DNA of 64,000 nucleotides from Eledone cirrhosa (taxonomy: Eukaryota): the NCBI GenBank assembly GCA_964016885.1, contig OZ024756.1, forward strand, positions 42,532,001 to 42,596,000, in the 5' to 3' direction. The notes beneath the pieces were generated by a model. The model searched no databases, was not told the origin of the DNA, and saw nothing but the letters and a program-made list of their open reading frames with translations. Shown one piece after another: positions 56,041 to 64,000 of this stretch (positions are counted from its first letter, which is position 1; each line of letters begins with the position of its first letter). Made by a program: the position numbers and the translations under genes.

Positions 56041-56712
56041 GTAAGTATGCATGTATACGTACATACATATATGTATACAGACGTACAGTAGCATGCACAT
56101 ATATATATATATATACATATATATATACATATGCATACAGGTACACATACATATATGCACGTATCAGTTTAGCGGCGCTAACGTCGCTTTGTTCGTTTGT
56201 AAACAAACTGAACAGCCTGAATTTATGCCATACGGTGTTAAGGCAACCACGTCACCTTTTTGTTCAACAAGCTTGAAACTAGTACATCGTTCCTGTGTCA
56301 GTGTTGAACAAAAAGGTGACGTGGTTGCCTTAACACCGTATGGCATAAATTCAGGCTGTTCAGTTTGTTTACAAACGAACAAAGCGACGTTAGCGCCGCT
56401 AAACTGATACGTGCATATATGTATGTGTACCTGTATGCATATGTATATATATATGTATATATATATATATATGTGCATGCTACTGTACGTCTGTATACAT
56501 ATATGTATGTACGTATACATGCATACTTACATTTAAGTAAGTGCCATACTAAGAGTGAGAAATGAAATTTCGTTTTCATTTTGTTTCAATTTATCGTTTT
56601 CGGTATGCCTGACCGATTTAACTCACTCAATATGCAAATTAGGCTGCTCAGCCGTTAATTTTCATAAGGAAAGTATATACTTTCGAACGTTCAACTATCT
56701 GGCAGATGGGTA

Positions 56713-56757
56713 AACGGTGCTGATGATAGCTAACAAGCTTGAAACTAGTACATCGTT
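56713..56757 (+). ncRNA. Minimal type I hammerhead ribozyme, copy 1 (predicted cleavage after 56750)
   Basis: AACGGTG-CTGATGA-T-AGCT-AACA-AGCT-T-GAA-ACTAGT-A-CATCGTT. Confidence 0.9.
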
Positions 56758-57178
56758 CCTGTGTCAGTGTTGAACAAAAAGGTGACGTGGTTGCCTTAAC
56801 ACCGTATGGCATAAATTCAGGCTGTTCAGTTTGTTTACAAACGAACAAAGCGACGTTAGCGCCGCTAAACTGATACGTGCATATATGTATGTGTACCTGT
56901 ATGCATATGTATATATATATGTATATATATATATATATGTGCATGCTACTGTACGTCTGTATACATATATGTATGTACGTATACATGCATACTTACATTT
57001 AAGTAAGTGCCATACTAAGAGTGAGAAATGAAATTTCGTTTTCATTTTGTTTCAATTTATCGTTTTCGGTATGCCTGACCGATTTAACTCACTCAATATG
57101 CAAATTAGGCTGCTCAGCCGTTAATTTTCATAAGGAAAGTATATACTTTCGAACGTTCAACTATCTGGCAGATGGGTA

Positions 57179-57223
57179 AACGGTGCTGATGATAGCTAAC
57201 AAGCTTGAAACTAGTACATCGTT
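57179..57223 (+). ncRNA. Minimal type I hammerhead ribozyme, copy 2 (predicted cleavage after 57216)
   Basis: Identical to copy 1, offset +466. Confidence 0.9.
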
Positions 57224-57644
57224 CCTGTGTCAGTGTTGAACAAAAAGGTGACGTGGTTGCCTTAACACCGTATGGCATAAATTCAGGCTGTTCAGTTTGT
57301 TTACAAACGAACAAAGCGACGTTAGCGCCGCTAAACTGATACGTGCATATATGTATGTGTACCTGTATGCATATGTATATATATATGTATATATATATAT
57401 ATATGTGCATGCTACTGTACGTCTGTATACATATATGTATGTACGTATACATGCATACTTACATTTAAGTAAGTGCCATACTAAGAGTGAGAAATGAAAT
57501 TTCGTTTTCATTTTGTTTCAATTTATCGTTTTCGGTATGCCTGACCGATTTAACTCACTCAATATGCAAATTAGGCTGCTCAGCCGTTAATTTTCATAAG
57601 GAAAGTATATACTTTCGAACGTTCAACTATCTGGCAGATGGGTA

Positions 57645-57689
57645 AACGGTGCTGATGATAGCTAACAAGCTTGAAACTAGTACATCGTT
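57645..57689 (+). ncRNA. Minimal type I hammerhead ribozyme, copy 3 (predicted cleavage after 57682)
   Basis: Identical to copy 1, offset +932. Confidence 0.9.
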
Positions 57690-58198
57690 CCTGTGTCAGT
57701 GTTGAACAAAAAGGTGACGTGGTTGCCTTAATACCGTATGGCATAAATTCAGGCTGTTCAGTTTGTTTACAAACGAACAAAGCGACGTTAGCGCCGCTAA
57801 ACTGATACGTGCATATATGTATGTGTACCTGTATGCATATGTATATATATATGTATATATATATATATATGTGCATGCTACTGTACGTCTGTATACATAT
57901 ATGTATGTACGTATACATGCATACTTACATTTAAGTAAGTGCCATACTAAGAGTGAGAAATGAAATTTCGTTTTCATTTTGTTTCAATATATATATATGT
58001 ATATATATATATATGTATATATATGTATATATATGTATATATATGTATATATATGTATATATATATATATGTATATATATGTATATATATGTATATATAT
58101 GTATATATATGTATATATATGTATATATATGTATATATATGTATATATATATGTATATATATGTATATATATATATGTATATATATGTATATATATAC

Positions 58199-58257
<59 letters not shown>

Positions 58258-58413
58258 TATATACATATATATATATATACATATCTATATATATGTATAT
58301 ATATATATGTATATATATATGTGTATATATATATGTGTATATATATATATGTATATATATATGTGTATATATATATGTGTATATATATATATATGTATAT
58401 ATATATATGTATG

Positions 58414-58462
<49 letters not shown>

Positions 58463-58530
58463 GTATATGTATATATATATATGTATATATATACCTAAAT
58501 ACATGTGTATATATATATATGTATATATAT

Positions 58531-59025
58531 ACCTAAATACAAAGTAAAAACCTACTACAGTCAGTAGGCACCTCTATCAAAACACAACCCGTCCCTCCAC
58601 ACCGCCCCTTTCAATGTAAAGTTATGTTGGTCCCACAACATCCAGGCCGAAACAAATGAGATCGTGTAGGTGTCACGACAAAAAACACACAGTCCACGCT
58701 GTAAATGTGGCCGTGTAGGCAACACGGTAAAAACCTCCCAGCCCCACACTGTAAATGTGGTTGGTGTTAGGAAGGGCATCCAGCTGTAGAAAACCCGCCA
58801 GACAGTCCACGCTGTAATGTGGCCGTGTAGGCAACACGGTAAAAACCTCCCAGCCCCACACTGTAAATGTGGTTGGTGTTAGGAAGGGCATCCAACTGTA
58901 GAAAACCCGCCAGACAGTCCTATGCGAGCAAGACAACCACTCTTGCCTCAAGTGGGAAAACCCCCGTCCAAACCCATGCAAGCGTGGAACACGGACGCTA
59001 AACCTGATGATGATGATGATGATGA
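58531..59025 (+). mobile_element. RTE 3'UTR-only copy with an internal duplication of about 115 bp
   Basis: Matches 62978-63370 and ends in (GAT)n. Confidence 0.9.
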
Positions 59026-59040
59026 TATATATATGTATAT

Positions 59041-62000
59041 AAATCTCTTGTATTTTTGTCATGCTTGTAAAATACGGAAGTTTTTGGCATATTTTACTAA
59101 ACAAATCTTGTATTTTTGTTTACGTTCGTTAAATACGGGGATCTCACTTAAACCTATTCTTCTCATATACAAATATTTTAAATATATTTGTTACTTCAAA
59201 CTCTTAACAATATTTTAAATATATTTGTTATTATTTCAAACTCTTAATTCCCGCTCCTTAATATCTTCTCCCCCTCCACCACACTCTACAACATGCGGTC
59301 AAATCACCCCCCCCCCTCTCTCTCTCTCTACCCATATACATATATAAGACAAAGTGATTCACTTTCGCCAAATTTGTGGCTGAATTTCATTCATGGTATA
59401 ATGTAATGTACTCATTTTTCTACCTTTTCTAACATCCTCCTAATTCCATAGTCCTTCCAATAGCAGTTTTAGTCCTTCCAATAGCATTTTTTCTATCCTC
59501 TTTCCAATTTTTGTTTCACTAGCCATCCATCCATCCTATTTCCTCCTGTATTTTCCAAAACAAATCTCTTGTATTTTTGTCATGCTTGTAAAATACGGAA
59601 GTTTTTGGCGTATTTTACTAAACAAATTTTGTATTTTTGTTTACGTTCGTTAAATACGGGGATCTCACTTAAACCTATTCTTCTCGCTAACAACTCAACA
59701 CCCCTCCCTCGCGCCCCCACGCACCACCATTATTATTACGTGGACCAATCATAAGCCAGAGGCCTATACTATCGCTTACCTGGTCGCCTTCGATATGTAG
59801 GATGGAAGGACTACGGAGTTCCGGAGAGTTGAAGAGAGAAAAATCTGGACGCTCAGCGACAATGCCAAAGTTAAAGACAAACACACCTCGTGGACGAGAA
59901 TGCGAGCATGCCTCTTTGTTTCGGCCGCGGATGGCTAACATAACCCCATCTCCCCCCGCTCCCCACCTTTCCCACCCCCCAAACGCAATCCAAAACTTCA
60001 GATTTGGTACCTTGAATGTAAGGAGGTCGATGTTTGTTGTATTCAAGAGACCAGGTGGAGGGGTGGATCTGCTAGATTCATTGTGGGTAGAAAACGATGC
60101 TATAAACTTTTCTGGGTGGGAAACGACAATGGGCTGGGTGGAGTAGGAATCATGGTAGCAGAAAAGTGGGCAGATAAGATAATAGACATAAATAGAGTGA
60201 ACGACAGAATAATTAAAATAAGACTTGTCCTCAATAGAACTACGGTGACAGTAATATCCGCGTACGCACCCCAATCCGGACTGCCCAGCACTATAAAAGA
60301 CAGATTCTATGAGACACTGATGCTCACTACTTCCCAAATAACCGACAGTGACTATATAATTATTGCAGGCGACCTAAACGGTCACGTTGGACAACATTGT
60401 GACGGCTACGACGAAATCCATGGAGGCTATGGGTTTGGTACTAGAAATGAGGAAGGCTCCAGAATCCTGGAATTCTGCGACGCAAATAACCTAACTATCT
60501 GCAACACTAACTTCAAAAAACGAGACAATCACTTGATCACCTACAGATCAGGGGAACATACCAGCCAGGTAGATTATATCCTTACCAGAAGACGTGACAA
60601 AGTGACTGTCGTAAACACTAAATCCCTCCCCCATGAAGAATGCACCTCCCAACATAGACTGATAATTAGCAACCTAATAGTCAGGACGAGACGTACTAGA
60701 CAACAGAAGAGGACTATCCTCAGGAGAAAAATATGGAAGCTAAAGGACCCCACAGCCAAAAATAAATTCCAAAGCATATTACTTGATGCTTTCGACAGTA
60801 AGGAAGAGCAATTAGAAACGTACAAGGTAGAGGAACAGTGAGAATTCCTGAAAGCAAACCTGCTGACGGCGGCAGACAAAGTCTGTGGCTGGAGCAGGCC
60901 TGTAGGCAGGAGGAGAGTAACATGGTGGTGGAACAGTAAGGTGGAGGGGTCAATTAAGGCCAAAAAGCAGGCTTGGAAAGTATGGCGGGATGGGGGAAGC
61001 AGAGAAGACTATCAAGTGGCCAGGAGGGAAGCTAGGAGACAAGTGTACTTCGCAAGAAGGGAAGCAGAGGAAAGAAAGTTCAAGCATGTTCTACAACGTG
61101 AGGACCAAAAACGTGAGGTGTTCAGGATTGCTAGGCAATGTGTCAAGGAAAACAGTGATATTGTCGGGGAGAAGTGTGTACTTAACAATGACGGCGTACT
61201 TGCCATCACCGACGCCGATAAGAAGGTAGCTTGGAAGTGTCACTATGAAAGGCTACTAAATGAGGAGAATAAATGGGAGAAAGACAGTCTCACCCACATC
61301 GACCCAATAGAGGGACCAGCAGTATTAGTCGAGGGTAGTATAATAAGTAAGGCAATCAAAGATATGAAGACAGGCAAGGCGGCTGGGCCTTCGGAAATAG
61401 TTGCCGAGATGCTGAAGGCATCTGGTACGGTGGGACACACCATGGTCACCCGGATAGTCAACCAAGTCATACAGAATGGGGTTGTTCCGAAGGACTGGCG
61501 TAGCAGCATCATCGTTAACTGTTATAAGGGTAAAGGAGATGCCCTAGATAGGAGTAACTATAGAGGCATTAAATTAATTGACCAGGTCATGAAGGTCACG
61601 GAAAAAGTAATAGCGCAACTAATCAGAGAGCGAATTGATCTAGATGAAATGCAGTTCGGGTTTGTGTCAGGAAAAAGTACCACAGACGCTCTTTTCATTG
61701 TACGACAACTACAGGAGAAGTACCTAGCTAAAAGTAAACCCCTATACTTAGCTTTCGTCGACTTGGAGAAGGCCTTCGACAGAGTCCCCCGTTCCATTAT
61801 CTGGTGGGCTCTTAGAAAACTAGGTGTTGATGAATGGCTTGTGAGAGCTATACAAGCCATGTATAAAGAAACAGTCAGCAAGGTTAGAATTAACAACGAA
61901 TATAGTGAAGAGTTTAGTGTAAAAGTTGGTGTTCATCAGGGCTCTGTTCTTAGCCTCCTACTATTTATTATCGCCCTCCAGGCTATAACAGTGGAGTTCA

Positions 62001-63370
62001 AGACCGGCTGCCCATGGGAACTCCTATACGCAGATGATCTAACGCTCATAGCTGAATCAATGGCCGAGCTAGAGAAGAAATTCCAAACATGGAAGCACGG
62101 CCTAGAATCAAAAGGCCTTAAAATTAACCTGGCTAAGACTAAAGTTCTAGTTTGTAAGAAAGAAAATAAGGCGGCGGTCCCCTCCGGGAAGTGGCCATGC
62201 GCAGAGTGTAGGAAAGGCGTAGGTAGAAATTCCATTTTGTGTCCCAAATGCAAAGTTTGGGTGCATAAAAGATGTAGTGGGATCACAGGTAAGCTAACTA
62301 AGAACATAGATTTTACATCTGGCCGGTGTCCTGGGGCAATAAGTAGCAGCAAGTGCCCACAAAATACTAGCTCTTTCAACTGCGCAGAGGGTTCTATAGA
62401 AATAGTGGACAGCTTCCGTTACCTGGGTGACAAAATCAGCAGTGGGGGAGGGTGCTCTGAAAGTACAGTAGCTAGAGTCAGAACTGGGTGGAAAAAGTTC
62501 AGAGAGCTTATACCACTATTAGCCGCTAAAGGGTTCTCCCTAAAAATGAAAGGCAGGTTGTATGATGCCTGCATACGAACAGCAATGTTGCATGGCAGTG
62601 AGACCTGGGCATTGTGTGCAGAGGATATACGCAGACTAGAGAGAAACGAAGCTTGCATGCTCCGCTGGATGTGTAATAGTAATATACGTGAACGACAAAG
62701 CATATACGAACTAAGGAAAAAATTAGAAATAAGAGGGATCAGATGTTGTTTACTAGAGAGAAGGCTACGTTGGTATGGTCACGTGATGCGCATGAAGGAC
62801 GATAGCTGTATAACAAAGTGCAGGGCAATAAAGATAGACGGTAGCCACGGAATAGGCAGACCCAGAAAAACCTGGGACGAGCTGATAAACTCCGACCTCA
62901 CACACTTACACCTCACCAAGACAATGTCACTGGACCGAGACCTTTGGCGGTACTCAGTAATAGAGAAGACCCGCCTTACCTAAATACAAAGTAAAACCTA
63001 CTACAGTCAGTAGGCATCTCTAACAAAATACACCCCCGTCCCACCACCCCCACCCCATCCACACCGCCCCCTTCTATGTAAAGTTATGTTGGTGCCACAC
63101 CATCCAGGCCGAAACAAATGAGATCGTGTAGGTGTCACGACAAAAACACACACAGTCCACGCTGTAATGTGGCCATGTAGGCAGCACGGTAAAAACCTCC
63201 CAGACCCACACTGTAAATGTGGTTGGTGTTAGGAAGGGCATCCAACTGTAGAAAACCTGCCAGACAGTCCTATGCGAGCAAGACAATCACTCTTGCCTCA
63301 AGTGGGAAAACCCCCGTCCAAACCCATGCAAGCGTGGAACACGGACGTTAAACTTTGATGATGATGATGA
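59041..63370 (+). mobile_element. Near full-length RTE LINE (AP endonuclease + RT + PHD-like finger) with few lesions
   Basis: Endonuclease IQETRW and IAGDLNGH. Deletion/frameshift near 60020 and TGA at 60839. RT ORF runs to 62983 with LLYADD. (GAT)n tail; 5' boundary uncertain. Confidence 0.95.
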
Positions 63371-63478
63371 TATATATATATATTGACGTACATGTACGTC
63401 AATACTCATCTTTTTCCATTTATCTGAGGGTTCTAAACCCCATTATCAGGCTAAAAATTCCTTTAGTCAAAAATACGG

Positions 63479-63519
<41 letters not shown>

Positions 63520-64000
63520 TATATATACATATATATATATACGGGGTAACAAATAATAGTTATATCCAGTCCACTTAGGTGTAGTCCAGTTATGGTATTC
63601 CAGGTAGTGGATGATATCAATGCTTGGCTTGGTTTGACTCAACAAGGCGTTTTCATAGTGATGCTGCGGGTATGCTGTAATTCCTATGTTGTAAACACTT
63701 GGAGTAATAATAAATCAGGAAAGAAGGTTGACATGGTTTGCTATACAAAAAAGGTTTTTAATCTCATAGCTGACAATTGTTTCTCTGAACTGATAGGTCT
63801 AGAGATCGCTATTCGCTTGTTTTCACGTTACTCGATCGCCAATACAAAATTATAACCAGTCAGTTCTTCGGAGCATGTGAGAATGAAGAGAATACACAGG
63901 CAAGAAAAGAATATACAGGCTACTATATGAAGTAGTAATGGCATTCAGTTAGAACAATAACAACAATTACAACAATGCTATTAATAAATTATTTGAGGAG

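Larger units (their letters stand above)
56041..57987 (+). mobile_element. Candidate non-LTR retrozyme: about 3.7 x 466-bp hammerhead-containing array with an inverted 5' arm
   Basis: Exact 466-bp period and one hammerhead per unit. 56041-56269 is the reverse complement of 56302-56530. TA tracts flank both sides. Confidence 0.85.

Noticed and set aside
56051-57977. Repeated short ORFs in the 466-bp array
   Set aside because: Low-complexity starts and no recognisable domain; they simply repeat with the unit

Overview
Repeat-dominated eukaryotic DNA. It is most likely from an octopus or other coleoid cephalopod, inferred from the SINE/RTE families and the very long (TA)n tracts. Most of the long Y/I-rich ORFs in the track are microsatellite artefacts. 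The window holds many RTE-clade LINE copies, three Penelope-like elements (PLEs), a CR1/L2-type LINE, a DD37D (maT) Tc1/mariner, Helitrons (one with PIF1 plus a USP-type protease remnant), tRNA-derived SINEs, MITEs and minisatellites. A multi-exon minus-strand host gene for a two-Ig-domain type I membrane protein can be rebuilt from splice sites and exon phases (about 31.3 kb to 5.7 kb). The main finding is a near-perfect 466-bp tandem array at 56.0-58.0 kb with one minimal type I hammerhead ribozyme per unit and an inverted 5' arm. This is a candidate non-LTR retrozyme, a non-autonomous retroelement that would produce circular RNA. Several more hammerhead motifs, some with non-canonical cores, sit at PLE ends. 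All calls were made by eye and element boundaries are approximate.
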